64,000 nucleotides of DNA. Origin: an uncultured Verrucomicrobiae bacterium (GTDB taxonomy: Bacteria > Verrucomicrobiota > Verrucomicrobiia > Chthoniobacterales > JAFAMB01). The stretch is taken from NCBI GenBank assembly GCA_963762565.1, contig CAVXLD010000007.1, forward strand, positions 96,001 through 160,000, in the 5' to 3' direction. A program made the translations under genes and the position numbers. A model generated the notes under the pieces. The model was not told where the DNA came from. It was given only the letters and a program-made list of their open reading frames with translations, and did no database searches. Of the stretch, positions 46,959 through 56,769 are shown one piece after another (the first letter of the stretch is position 1; each line of letters opens with the position of its first letter).

Positions 46959-49900
46959 TCACTGCGTAACGCTGATGGGGAGTTCAAGCGTCGTCGGTCC
47001 TGCCGAACCTTGATAGTTGACGTCAACGGTCCAATCACCTGCCATTTCGGGCGTCAGATGGGCGACATATTCTCCCGGCGCGTCTAGCTTTTCTACTTTT
47101 GCGGCCGAATGCATCACCATTCCAGGCATGTTCATTGATAGGTCCAATCTCAAGTGGGCTGCGTTTACGGGATGTCCGGCCCGATCTTTGAGCTCTATTC
47201 TTAGGGCGTTGTCTTTCGGGTAGATCTTACCATCAGAACTCATTATCGAAATCGCCATGTCGCCCTGAGTTAGCTTGGCCACGGGGACGACCAGATTGCC
47301 AGTCTGAGTGCTTCTGTTTCCGACGGTCCATGACCAGGCGAAATAAGTGATCACAATGATTAGGCTGGCAGCAACGAGCGCGAAACCCCGAACCAAAGTG
47401 CGGGATCTGGAAACCTTGATCGCTGGCAGTTGCACGGCAGCCTTTGAGGGAGAAGTGCCTTTTGGCAAAGCGCGCTTTTTCCAGATGACGAAGATGGCAG
47501 GATAAATCAGTAGTTCCAAAATCGCGGATGTAATTACACCGCCAATCATCGGAGTCGCGATGCGCTTCATCACATCAGCTCCTGCTTGATAGGGAGGCGA
47601 CCATAGAATTGGAAGTAGCCCGAAGATAATCGCGCTGACTGTCATCATCTTCGGCCTGATTCGCTGAACGGCGCCCTCGCGAACCGCAGCGGACAGATCC
47701 TGGAATGAGTTCATCCGGCCTTCACGCCGGAACTTTTCCCACGCTTGGTCTAGGTAAAGCAGCATCACTACGCCGGTTTCAGCGTCGAGGCCGGCAAGGG
47801 CAATGAGTCCGACCCAAACAGCTACACTCATGTTGTAGTTGAGGAGGTAGAGCATCCAGAATGCACCAACCAAAGAGAAAGGAACCGCGAGAAGAACGAT
47901 GAATGTCTTAATGACCGACTTAGTGTTCAGATAGATCAAAAGAAAAATGATTAGCAGGGTAAACGGTACGATGACCGCCAGGCGCTGTTCGGCTTCCTTG
48001 AGGTATTGGAATTGGCCGGCCCATTGAATGTAGTAGCCCTCCGGGAAATGGACGTTTTTCTGAATCTCAGCCGTCGCTGAGCGCACGTATCCCTCGATAT
48101 CTCTACTCGTGATATCGATGTAGACATAGCCTACGAGCTGAGCATTTTCCTCACGGATCGAGGGTGGTCCCGTTCGATAGTCGATGTGCGTCAAGAGAGA
48201 AATTGGCACCTGGGCTCCGGTCGGTGTTGCCACTAAAATTCGCTTCAGACTTTCTATGTCGCTGCGAAAATCGCGAGCGTAGCGTACGCTGATCGGGTAA
48301 CGCTCCCGTCCTTCGACGGTGGTGCTGATCGTGTTTCCGCCGATAGCGCTTTGGACGATCTGATTTACATCGTCAACTCGCAGTCCGTAACGAGCAGCGG
48401 CTTCCCGGTCGACCGTGAAATCAAGAAAATAGCCTCTGGTTGCTCGCTCGGCAAAGGCACTTCGGGTGTTCGGTAATCCGGAAAGAGTTTTTTCAATCTG
48501 TACTGCAACGTCTTCAATTCCTTTCAGGTCGGGCCCAAAAACCTTGATGCCGAGCACAGATCGAAACCCAGTGGTCAACATTTCGGTTCGTGTCTGGATC
48601 GGCATCCAGAAAATTTGGGCCATACCAGGTGTCTTAGTGGCCTCGTTTAGCTGGCCGATCAGCCTTTCCCAGGTCATCCCGGCTGGCCATTGTGTAGGCG
48701 GTTTCAGTTGAACCACGGTTTCAAACATCGACAGAGGCGCGGGGTCAGTGGCGGTATCTGCTTGGCCTGCCTTTCCGAATACACTTTCGACTTCTGGAAA
48801 CTGGCGCAGGATCCGGTCTTGTATCTGGAGAATCTTGGTCGCTTCGGTAATTGACATGCCTGGTATGGCTGTCGGCATATAGAGCAAAGTTCCCTCGTTA
48901 AGGGGCGGCATGAATTCCGTTCCTAGGCGGCTGAATGGGATCCAAGTTAGAGCCAGGACGATTACGGCCAGGATCAATGTGAGCCATCTAAAACGCAAAA
49001 CGAGACGAACGACAGGATCATAGATCGCCATCAATATCCGGTTAATCGGATTTCGGCGCTCGGGCGTAATCTTGCCTCGGATCAGCCAGGTCATCAGCAC
49101 TGGGACAAGGGTTATTGCTGCTATCGCCGCGAAAAACATCGCGAAGGTCTTGGTAAAGGCGAGAGGCCGGAAAAGGCGCCCTTCCTGAGCGCTGAGCGAG
49201 AAGACAGGAATGAAACTAACAGTTATAACCAGGAGCGAGTAAAATAGTGGTCTACCAACAGACTTCGCCGCGTCGATTAGTACAGTGACGCGCTCCAGAT
49301 TGTTCGGATCACGCCCTTGCTCTTCTTTAAAATGTTCGAGGGCCTTATGAGCGTTCTCGACCATGATGATAGCGGCATCAATCATCGCGCCGATGGCAAT
49401 AGCGATGCCGCCCAGCGACATGATGTTCGAGGTTAAGCCCAGCCAATAAAGAGGGATGAACGAAACAATGATCGCTACGGGAAGACTAACCATCGCAACT
49501 ACGGCCGATCGGAAATGCCAAAGGAATAGCAAGCAGACCAGAGCAACCACGATGCTCTCCTCGATTAGCTTTTCCCGCAATGTATCAATTGCGTGATTTA
49601 TCAGGATGCTCCGGTCGTAGGTGGGAACGATTTGTACTCCCGGCGGAAAGGAAGAGCGGATCTCATTTAGCTTCCTTTTTACTCCATCAATCACTTTCAC
49701 GGCATTCTCGCCGTAGCGCATGATGACAATGCCGCCGGCTACCTCACCTTTGCCGTTCAGTTCACTAACACCATAACGGAGGTCCGGGCCCAGATGAACG
49801 GAGGCGACATTTTTAATGAAAATGGGAACACCGTTTTGTGTCGTGAGAACAACGTCCTCAATGTCTTTGATGTTTTTGATGTAGCCGCGACCCCGAACGA

Positions 49901-50618
49901 AAAACTGAGTCGATGAAACCTCGAAGGTTTTGCCGCCCACATCTGCATTGCTGGCCCTGATCGCGCTGACGACGGTGCTTAACGGAATGTTGTAGGCGAG
50001 CAGCTTATTGGGATCGACATCGACTTGATAGTCTTTAGTAAAACCGCCAACGGAAGCCACCTCTGCTACGCCCGGCACAGATTCCAATGCATACTTCAAA
50101 TGCCAATCTTGGAAGGAACGCAGTGCGGCTAAATCCTGCTTCCCGGAATCGTCTACCAGAGCATACTCATAAACCCAACCTACACCCGTGGCGTCCGGGC
50201 CTATAACTGGGTTCACACCTTCTGGCAGAGTGCTCCTTACCGAATTCAGGTATTCTATCACTCGTGAGCGCGCCCAATAAATGTCGGTGCCATCCTGAAA
50301 GATCACGTACACAAACGACTTCCCGAACATCGATTCAGCGCGAACGAATTTAACTTTGGGCGCTGAAATAAACTTGGTCGAAATGGGGTAGCTGATCTGG
50401 TCTTCAATAAGATCAGGAGAGCGCCCCTCCCAGTCTGTGTAAATAATCACTTGGACATCGCTCTCGTCAGGAATTGCATCCAGAGGGATCTGCGAAATCG
50501 CGAAGAATCCGCCGGCAACCGCAAATAGCGTGAAAATGATAACGAGAAACGGATTGCGTGCGCTACCAGCGATGATGCGCTCGATCAAGGAACTGGCCTG
50601 TTCAGGAGGGGTTGTCAT
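46959..50618 (-). CDS. cusA: CusA/CzcA heavy-metal RND permease with extra TM helix and C-terminal YtkA-like domain
   Basis: LDAIPD, GPDATGVGWVYEY, FMPPLNEG, PLSMFET, RIRPKMMT; tail LSMNMPGM...MAGDWTV. Confidence 0.93.
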   Translation of the reverse strand: MTTPPEQASSLIERIIAGSARNPFLVIIFTLFAVAGGFFAISQIPLDAIPDESDVQVIIYTDWEGRSPDLIEDQISYPISTKFISAPKVKFVRAESMFGKSFVYVIFQDGTDIYWARSRVIEYLNSVRSTLPEGVNPVIGPDATGVGWVYEYALVDDSGKQDLAALRSFQDWHLKYALESVPGVAEVASVGGFTKDYQVDVDPNKLLAYNIPLSTVVSAIRASNADVGGKTFEVSSTQFFVRGRGYIKNIKDIEDVVLTTQNGVPIFIKNVASVHLGPDLRYGVSELNGKGEVAGGIVIMRYGENAVKVIDGVKRKLNEIRSSFPPGVQIVPTYDRSILINHAIDTLREKLIEESIVVALVCLLFLWHFRSAVVAMVSLPVAIIVSFIPLYWLGLTSNIMSLGGIAIAIGAMIDAAIIMVENAHKALEHFKEEQGRDPNNLERVTVLIDAAKSVGRPLFYSLLVITVSFIPVFSLSAQEGRLFRPLAFTKTFAMFFAAIAAITLVPVLMTWLIRGKITPERRNPINRILMAIYDPVVRLVLRFRWLTLILAVIVLALTWIPFSRLGTEFMPPLNEGTLLYMPTAIPGMSITEATKILQIQDRILRQFPEVESVFGKAGQADTATDPAPLSMFETVVQLKPPTQWPAGMTWERLIGQLNEATKTPGMAQIFWMPIQTRTEMLTTGFRSVLGIKVFGPDLKGIEDVAVQIEKTLSGLPNTRSAFAERATRGYFLDFTVDREAAARYGLRVDDVNQIVQSAIGGNTISTTVEGRERYPISVRYARDFRSDIESLKRILVATPTGAQVPISLLTHIDYRTGPPSIREENAQLVGYVYIDITSRDIEGYVRSATAEIQKNVHFPEGYYIQWAGQFQYLKEAEQRLAVIVPFTLLIIFLLIYLNTKSVIKTFIVLLAVPFSLVGAFWMLYLLNYNMSVAVWVGLIALAGLDAETGVVMLLYLDQAWEKFRREGRMNSFQDLSAAVREGAVQRIRPKMMTVSAIIFGLLPILWSPPYQAGADVMKRIATPMIGGVITSAILELLIYPAIFVIWKKRALPKGTSPSKAAVQLPAIKVSRSRTLVRGFALVAASLIIVITYFAWSWTVGNRSTQTGNLVVPVAKLTQGDMAISIMSSDGKIYPKDNALRIELKDRAGHPVNAAHLRLDLSMNMPGMVMHSAAKVEKLDAPGEYVAHLTPEMAGDWTVDVNYQGSAGPTTLELPISVTQ

Positions 50619-51808
50619 TACCTGGGCGAGGATGTTTGCTCGGGCTGTTCGAAATCCTTGAGCGCTCCCTGTATTTGCGATTCGGCATCGATAAGAAAGT
50701 TGGCACTCGAGACGACTCGCTCTCCTTCATTCAAGCCACTTTTGATTTGATAGTAGCGCCTCTGTTTCGGATCTTCGGTATCGCTAAACTCGCGGACCAG
50801 CTGGACAAACCGGGGCTCTAATTTCCCGCCGCCTTTGTCTACGAAGACTAGTCCTCGCGAACCCGTTGGTAGGACCGCATCAACCGGGACAGTCAAGCCT
50901 TCGCCGCAATCGATTTTTAGCTCGATGTTGGCAAACATCCCGGGTCGTAGTTCATCCTGCGGATTATCGAGATCGATTCGGGCCCGCGTTGTGCGAGTAA
51001 GCGTATCGACTCGGGGATCGATCGCGGTGATTTTTCCAAGAAACGTTTTATCCAGGAATGCAGTTAGGGAGATAGTCGCTGTTTGGCCGGATTTTAGAAG
51101 TCCGGCTTCATTCTCGTAAAATTGGGCCCAAAGCCATAGGCGAGATAGGTCGACGACTCCAACCAGGAGATCGCCGGCTTTCACGCTTGTCCCTGGTTTC
51201 ATCGGAACCTGCTCGACGACGCCGTTGAAAGGTGACCGCAAGACAAGATCACTAGACGCTCTGCGGCTTGTTTCGAGCGAATCGATTTCCTGCTGGCCTA
51301 CATTCCAGAGGCGAAGCCGCTCTTCTGCGGATGCAATAAGGTGATCAGTGTCGGTCCGAGCAGAGCCGATCTTGTCCCGCGAATTCAGCAAATTAACTAA
51401 CTCCTGTTCAGCACTGCGAACGTCCGGACTGTAGAGAGTTAATAGAGGCTGGCCTTTGGTTACTGGCTCGCCCGGTGAGGATACCTTGAGTTCCTGCAAA
51501 TAACCATCAACGCGGGCTACATATTGGAAAATATGTGCCTGATCCGGTTGAAGAGTCCCGATTGAACGTATGGAGAACTGAATCGGGCGTTTTTGAGCCG
51601 ATGTATAGGTAACTCCAATTTGCTGCTGACGTTCCACCGGAACAGAAAACTCTTGCGGTTTGTTGGCTTCATGACCATCGGAGCCAGGGGCGCCGGTTTC
51701 ATTTTGTTCCTCGGCTGCGGTACCGCTGGCCGGCTTACTGCAGGCAGAAGCTCCAGCCAGAATGAGAACGGCGAGCAGGGTGTGCGGTAGCGTACTGGTC
51801 GCTTTCAT
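50618..51808 (-). CDS. cusB: CusB-type membrane fusion protein
   Basis: Lipobox-like ASAC; LYSPD, LRPGMF, ANFLIDAESQI. Confidence 0.9.
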   Translation of the reverse strand: MKATSTLPHTLLAVLILAGASACSKPASGTAAEEQNETGAPGSDGHEANKPQEFSVPVERQQQIGVTYTSAQKRPIQFSIRSIGTLQPDQAHIFQYVARVDGYLQELKVSSPGEPVTKGQPLLTLYSPDVRSAEQELVNLLNSRDKIGSARTDTDHLIASAEERLRLWNVGQQEIDSLETSRRASSDLVLRSPFNGVVEQVPMKPGTSVKAGDLLVGVVDLSRLWLWAQFYENEAGLLKSGQTATISLTAFLDKTFLGKITAIDPRVDTLTRTTRARIDLDNPQDELRPGMFANIELKIDCGEGLTVPVDAVLPTGSRGLVFVDKGGGKLEPRFVQLVREFSDTEDPKQRRYYQIKSGLNEGERVVSSANFLIDAESQIQGALKDFEQPEQTSSPR

Positions 51809-53148
51809 TTTGTTCGATGCTCCGTGGAATGTGTCGTTGCCCACGCCGTTTCTTCGAGTCCGGCCAGTGCCTGTAGTTCGGCCAACGCGGTTTCAAGGTC
51901 TGCCCTATCCCGGACGTACATCGCCTCCAGGTCGAACAGGTTACGCTGAGCGGAGAGGAGAGTTAGGAGGTCTCCTTTATCGGTCTGATAATCGGCGAGA
52001 AAAGAGGCGACCGTTTGCCGCGCGGTCGGTAAAAGATTGTCCCGGTATAGCTCGAGGTGGTGGTGGAGGGTCTCAATCTTGTCTAACTGAGTTCGAAGTA
52101 AGCCCAGGGCTTGTGTCTGCTCACTGGTTAGCTCGTCTTGAGCGGCGCTTACTTCACTTCTGGCTTCGTCCTCCTCGGCCCGGTATTTTCTGCCGTTGAA
52201 CCACGGTAAACTGAACGAAACGCCGCCTCCAACCTGGCTTAAAGTTTGGGATGCACCGTTGTAGCGCTCCGCTCCAAAACTAACGGTAGGGTCAGGGATC
52301 CAATCTCGCTTAGCTAGTTGCAGTCTGGCATTCGCCGCTGCTAACTTTGCTTGGGCAGCTCTTATTTCAGGACGGTTGGTTAAAATGACGGTCCGAAGCC
52401 GTTCGGGCGATGCCGGCAACGAATCCATCGAATCGTCCGAAACAACCCGTACCGGGATAGAGGGGTCCCGGTTCATTAGTATGTTAAGGTTCGATTGCGC
52501 CTCCTTGAGCTCTAGTTCGAGATCTTTGCGTGCTTCGATGACTTTCTGACGTACATTTTCAACGAGTAGAACGCTGGCTTGGCCTTGTTTGCCTGCTTCG
52601 AACCTTGCTCGGGTGGAGTCGACGGATTGAACGAGGGAATCCTCGTCTGCCTTATTCAGATCCAACCGTGCGTACACGCTTCTAAGCTGGTAGTACTCCG
52701 ACTTGGCTCTTGCGATGATGTCGAGTGATCGACGTCTGGCTTCCTCAAAAGTTCCCAAGGCCTCAGCCGTGGCCATGCGTTCTTTACTTCGGTTCTTGCC
52801 AGATACCGGGATCATCTGCTCCACACTGAGCGTTTGGTCCGTAAAGCTGTTTGCCGGTATGCTAACGAATCTGCCGAAAACAGTGCCTCCGGTTACTTTT
52901 GGGTCGTCCCAGGCCGCGGCCTGCGGAATCCGTTCTCTAGCGGACCTCCACTTGGCTTGGGCAGCCTCGATGGTCGGATTGTTGGCAAGGACAATAGCGA
53001 CGAGTTGGTGCAGCGAGAGAGCGTCCGGCGCCGGCGACGGACTCGCCGAGCTCCGGCTATCGCGGCCGAACGTTTGGCCGATCACGGTTAGCTCGGCTAC
53101 TGAAAGTAAGAATACTAATGATTGCCCAACGGGCGGATTGAGTTTCAT
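51805..53148 (-). CDS. TolC-family outer-membrane efflux protein
   Basis: NNPTIEAA, WDDP, NRPEIRAA; first structural gene of the RND operon. Confidence 0.9.
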   Translation of the reverse strand: MKLNPPVGQSLVFLLSVAELTVIGQTFGRDSRSSASPSPAPDALSLHQLVAIVLANNPTIEAAQAKWRSARERIPQAAAWDDPKVTGGTVFGRFVSIPANSFTDQTLSVEQMIPVSGKNRSKERMATAEALGTFEEARRRSLDIIARAKSEYYQLRSVYARLDLNKADEDSLVQSVDSTRARFEAGKQGQASVLLVENVRQKVIEARKDLELELKEAQSNLNILMNRDPSIPVRVVSDDSMDSLPASPERLRTVILTNRPEIRAAQAKLAAANARLQLAKRDWIPDPTVSFGAERYNGASQTLSQVGGGVSFSLPWFNGRKYRAEEDEARSEVSAAQDELTSEQTQALGLLRTQLDKIETLHHHLELYRDNLLPTARQTVASFLADYQTDKGDLLTLLSAQRNLFDLEAMYVRDRADLETALAELQALAGLEETAWATTHSTEHRTK

Positions 53149-53260
53149 AAATTGAGAGCTGGTTGGAGCGAAGGAACGCGGCGACGAGACACCGCAGCTA
53201 CGCGCGAAGATGGCTACGCTGCGGACCGAATTGGCCGCCGCTGTAACCGGAGATCAGCTC

Positions 53261-53626
53261 TCAAAGAAGAAGAATGCAATCCCGCGAGAGTAAATTGTCC
53301 GGCGGGGGCCTCAGATCGCCTGCGAATCGGGCGGATAGTTCGCGTTCCGGCATCGCGGAGAGCAAACAAATCGAGGAGGTCATCGTTGGCGGCAGAAGTG
53401 CCGGCTGGGTAAACGCGGATGACGTTCCTTGAGAGATAGGTAGCAGCTGTGAGACGCTCAGATGGCAAGCAGGCGTATCGGCGCAACAAGAGTGACAGTT
53501 CGCGGAGCCACGTTCGCAGGACATCTGACAGGTCGAACGCGTCTCGACTGCTCGGCTCCCAAGACTCAAACCGGTCAACAGGAGCAGAACCAACAAGATC
53601 CGCAGGCTGGAACTCGACCTTTGCAT
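53261..53626 (-). CDS. Cys-rich upstream small protein (DUF2946/CzcI-like leader)
   Basis: Signal helix, CQMSC...CHSCC...CH, C-terminal LRPPP. Confidence 0.7.
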   Translation of the reverse strand: MQRSSSSLRILLVLLLLTGLSLGSRAVETRSTCQMSCERGSANCHSCCADTPACHLSVSQLLPISQGTSSAFTQPALLPPTMTSSICLLSAMPERELSARFAGDLRPPPDNLLSRDCILLL

Positions 53627-53678
53627 CGACGAAAACACTCAACGCTAATTTGAAACTGCCGCTTTACAATTGGAATTA

Positions 53679-54626
53679 TCACTTGCCGGGCCCGGGCTTC
53701 AGATAAAGAGCGCCTCCGCCGATATCGAGAATGGCTTGGTACGTCGAGAGAAAATCTTCGCCAATAATCCCGCCCAGAGGATGGCTGAAGCCGGTTTGCA
53801 GGTTAGGAATATTGGCGAAGTGCACCACGTTTCCGCTGAGATCTTGAGCGCCGAGTCTGAACCCGGGCAATCGTCCGCTGGTTACCCTAGAACTTTGTCC
53901 CAGGGCGAAATACACGCTGTCGCTCTTCCAACCGAAAAGCCAGGATGATTCTTTGATCGTCGATTGCAGAACCGTTTGGGGAGACCCGGAATCGATGAGA
54001 AAACTATAACTGGTCGCGCCAACCGATCCGATCGCTTCGATCCGGCCAATCCCGGTGACGTGAATCGGCACATCAGTATAGCCCTGCCCTTCGAACCCAG
54101 CGCGGTTCTGGCGTGGCGTACTGGTGGCGCGCAAGAGGAGCAATTGAGAACGAAAATTCAATATCGCATCGTGCCGAACGAGAAAGTTAACGCCCAGGAC
54201 TCCGCCTGCCTCAAAACGGTCACTAGAGCGATCGCTGGTGTTGCGGTTTCCTTCGATCATTCCGGAAAGAGATGCTTCAAAGAAATCGAAGCCACCCATC
54301 GGGTAACCATCCACGATCGTTCCGATGTCCACGAGAAGCTTGGCCTTTTGTCCTGCCACGATGGTTGATCCTTCGCTAATGGTAGCGACAGAACGCACCA
54401 GTTGTTTGGCCTGATCGACGTCAACCAGAGACCAGGGTGAACCGGTATCAACCAGCCACCAATGCGTCTTCGTTTGACCGAGTAACGACATCGGCACGTA
54501 AAGATGTTCGTGGATAATCGTCAGCGGAAAGCGAACGATCGCCGAAGACGGTAAACTGGTCGCAGTCTGGCACAGCAAAAACCCTAGCGCTGTGGCGGCG
54601 CCCGCTAAGATCAAGCGAGCGTTCAT
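53679..54626 (-). CDS. Secreted two-domain retropepsin-like aspartic protease
   Basis: VDTGS...GVLGVNFL and IDSGS...GIIGEDFL. Confidence 0.88.
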   Translation of the reverse strand: MNARLILAGAATALGFLLCQTATSLPSSAIVRFPLTIIHEHLYVPMSLLGQTKTHWWLVDTGSPWSLVDVDQAKQLVRSVATISEGSTIVAGQKAKLLVDIGTIVDGYPMGGFDFFEASLSGMIEGNRNTSDRSSDRFEAGGVLGVNFLVRHDAILNFRSQLLLLRATSTPRQNRAGFEGQGYTDVPIHVTGIGRIEAIGSVGATSYSFLIDSGSPQTVLQSTIKESSWLFGWKSDSVYFALGQSSRVTSGRLPGFRLGAQDLSGNVVHFANIPNLQTGFSHPLGGIIGEDFLSTYQAILDIGGGALYLKPGPGK

Positions 54627-54636
54627 AGGAAGCCGC

Positions 54637-55251
54637 CTAGGATGATTCGATCGCGACTGGTCGCTCCTGCTCTTGTGTCAGCTCTGCACGCGCCGCCTGC
54701 AGCAGACCGCTGAGACTCTGCGCGGCCTTTTCCAACTCCGCATCGGACGGATGCTGCTTATCCCGTGAAAAGACGCGAGCCGCTTCGATCGACTCGATGG
54801 CGGACTGCAACACCGGCATCAGACGCTGGTTCAGGTAGCGCGACAGCCGTTGCCGCTCCTGTTCCTTCCCCACCGACCTGCCCAATTCAAAATCCACACT
54901 CGGATCGCCAAATGGCGGGACCATCAAATAGATCAGACCGTGGTCACCAAAGACGGCATGCCCTCTAATTATAAAGCCTTGATCGTACGACTCGACCCTA
55001 ATCGGGATTAGATGACCGCTTTCCCAGGCTACAGACCCGGCATGAATCTTAACAATCCCGGAAAAAGGCAGGGTCGGTAGCAACGGCTCCTTAATGCCGG
55101 CTACCCGCAAAAACGAGTTGTTCGCGAAAATGAAACGGTCTGATTCGAAATCCGCTACCGCCCGAGGCAGCCCTAAGGTATCCATTACCTGGCAGGCGGA
55201 GATGAGCGATTCGTGCATTCGAGGGGAATCTCTCGAGAGTCTCATCGCCAT
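54637..55251 (-). CDS. PAS-like domain plus degenerate HisKA_3-like helix protein
   Basis: FIFANNSFL; QERQRLSRYLNQ resembles ERxRIARELHD but lacks the His. Start uncertain. Confidence 0.55.
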   Translation of the reverse strand: MAMRLSRDSPRMHESLISACQVMDTLGLPRAVADFESDRFIFANNSFLRVAGIKEPLLPTLPFSGIVKIHAGSVAWESGHLIPIRVESYDQGFIIRGHAVFGDHGLIYLMVPPFGDPSVDFELGRSVGKEQERQRLSRYLNQRLMPVLQSAIESIEAARVFSRDKQHPSDAELEKAAQSLSGLLQAARAELTQEQERPVAIESS

Positions 55252-55318
55252 AGCTTTTTGCAAACCCTTTTGCCATAGGAGTTAGCCTCGCGCAGAGGCC
55301 CAACAAGCGGTCGGAACC

Positions 55319-55942
55319 GTGGAGCGCTGCCTCGCTTGCGAGGCCGAAGGGGTCGCCGCCGTGGAGCGCTGCCTTGCTTGCAAGGCCGAAGGGGTCGCCG
55401 CCGTGGAGCGCTGCCTTGCTTGCAAGGCCGAAGGGGTCGCCGCCGTGGAGCGCTGCCTTGCTTGCAAGGCCGAAGGGGTCGCCGCCGTGGAGCGCTGCCT
55501 TGCTTGCAAGGCCGAAGGGGTCGCCGCCGTGGAGCGCTGCCTTGCTTGCAAGGCCGAAGGGGTCGCCGCCGTGGAGCGCTGCCTTGCTTGCAAGGCGAAG
55601 GGGTCGCCGCCGTGGAGCGCTGCCTTGCTTGCAAGGCGAAGGGGTCGCCGCCGTGGAGCGCTGCCTTGCTTGCAAGGCCGTGGTGAGCAGGGCGATATGG
55701 TTTACGCCTGCGATTTCTTTATCTGTACCCTAACGCGCTAATGCGGGACTCGGATCGCTGCTCGATTTTACAAGCACGATATCTCTCCCTATGGCCCCGC
55801 GCATCGATCGGTCGACGCACAGCGCAGCACGGGAAAGGGCATTACATGACGCATATCGCCCTGTTCACCACGGCCTCGCAAGCGAGGCAGCGCTCCACGG
55901 GGTGGCGACCCCTACGGCCTCGCAAGCGAGGCAGCGCTCCAC
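55319..55942. repeat. REPIN-like family B element with a nine-REP tandem left arm and a two-REP right arm
   Basis: 42/41-bp unit gtggagcgctgccttgcttgcaaggccgaaggggtcgccgcc at 55319, 55361, 55403, 55445, 55487, 55529, 55571, 55612 and 55653; inverted arm at 55853-55942. Confidence 0.92.
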
Positions 55943-55951
55943 TCCGGTGGA

Positions 55952-56488
55952 TTACTCGTTCGCTGCTCCGGCTCCAGTCATTGCCCCACGTAATTGTGCG
56001 ATTTGATTTTCGTAATTTGCCAGCTCCTGGCGGTATTCGGCCTGCCCTTGTTTGTAGGCTGCTATTGAAATCCGATGAGATTGATAAAGATCCTCGACGC
56101 GAGCTCTTAGGCGTTCCGCTTTCTCGCGTGACAATTCTGCTTTCTCACGGACGAGTTCTACCGGCGACTTGGTTTCAGAGCCGGAATCGTTCGCAGAGGC
56201 GAAATCGTTCTCAGCTAGAGCTGATGGTTGCGGGTTGGGCGCTGCCGGCGGCTCTGCCACTCTAACTTTAGGGCTTGCCGCTAAATGTGGCTGTGGGGTT
56301 GCGGGAACAGGATGATCTGTTCCGACAATCGTGGGGGGCGTGGTTGAGCTTGCCGAGACGAGCGCCTGAACCGCCGGTGAGACCGGATTTTCCGATTGCA
56401 ACAGCCGGAGCATTGAAAGCGAAAGCGCGCCCGCTATCACGGAGGTGAATACTGCGCCCGAAAGGACGAGGCTGAGTAATCTTTTCAT
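55952..56488 (-). CDS. Hypothetical membrane-anchored protein with Pro-rich linker and coiled coil
   Basis: 178-aa ORF with an N-terminal hydrophobic helix. Confidence 0.7.
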   Translation of the reverse strand: MKRLLSLVLSGAVFTSVIAGALSLSMLRLLQSENPVSPAVQALVSASSTTPPTIVGTDHPVPATPQPHLAASPKVRVAEPPAAPNPQPSALAENDFASANDSGSETKSPVELVREKAELSREKAERLRARVEDLYQSHRISIAAYKQGQAEYRQELANYENQIAQLRGAMTGAGAANE

Positions 56489-56664
56489 TTTTCTACTTCC
56501 ATGTGATTTCGCACGAAGACGTGCTGTGGGTCGTTTTGATGGCGAACCAAAAGTTCGGACCTTCTCTTTGTCTCCCTAAGAAGCCGACGCGATTCGATGC
56601 CAGTTTGTTCGAAAAAAGTTTAGGACTGTGAGCTGTGTCGGCCTGCAGATCTGGCCGTCTAGTA

Positions 56665-56765
56665 AGTGGACTGAGTGGACCAAGTGGACGCAGTGGACCA
56701 AGTGGACCGCCAAACGCCGAACGCCGAACGCCAAACGCCGAACGCCAAACGCCGAACGCCAAACG
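56665..56765. repeat. Nonamer (agtggacNN) and heptamer (aacgcc[a/g]) tandem repeats
   Basis: Direct reading. Confidence 0.85.
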
Positions 56766-56769
56766 TGCG

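Noticed and set aside
55319..55690. CRISPR array
   Set aside because: Inter-palindrome segments are identical rather than unique spacers, there are no cas genes, and the unit is a REP seen elsewhere in the window
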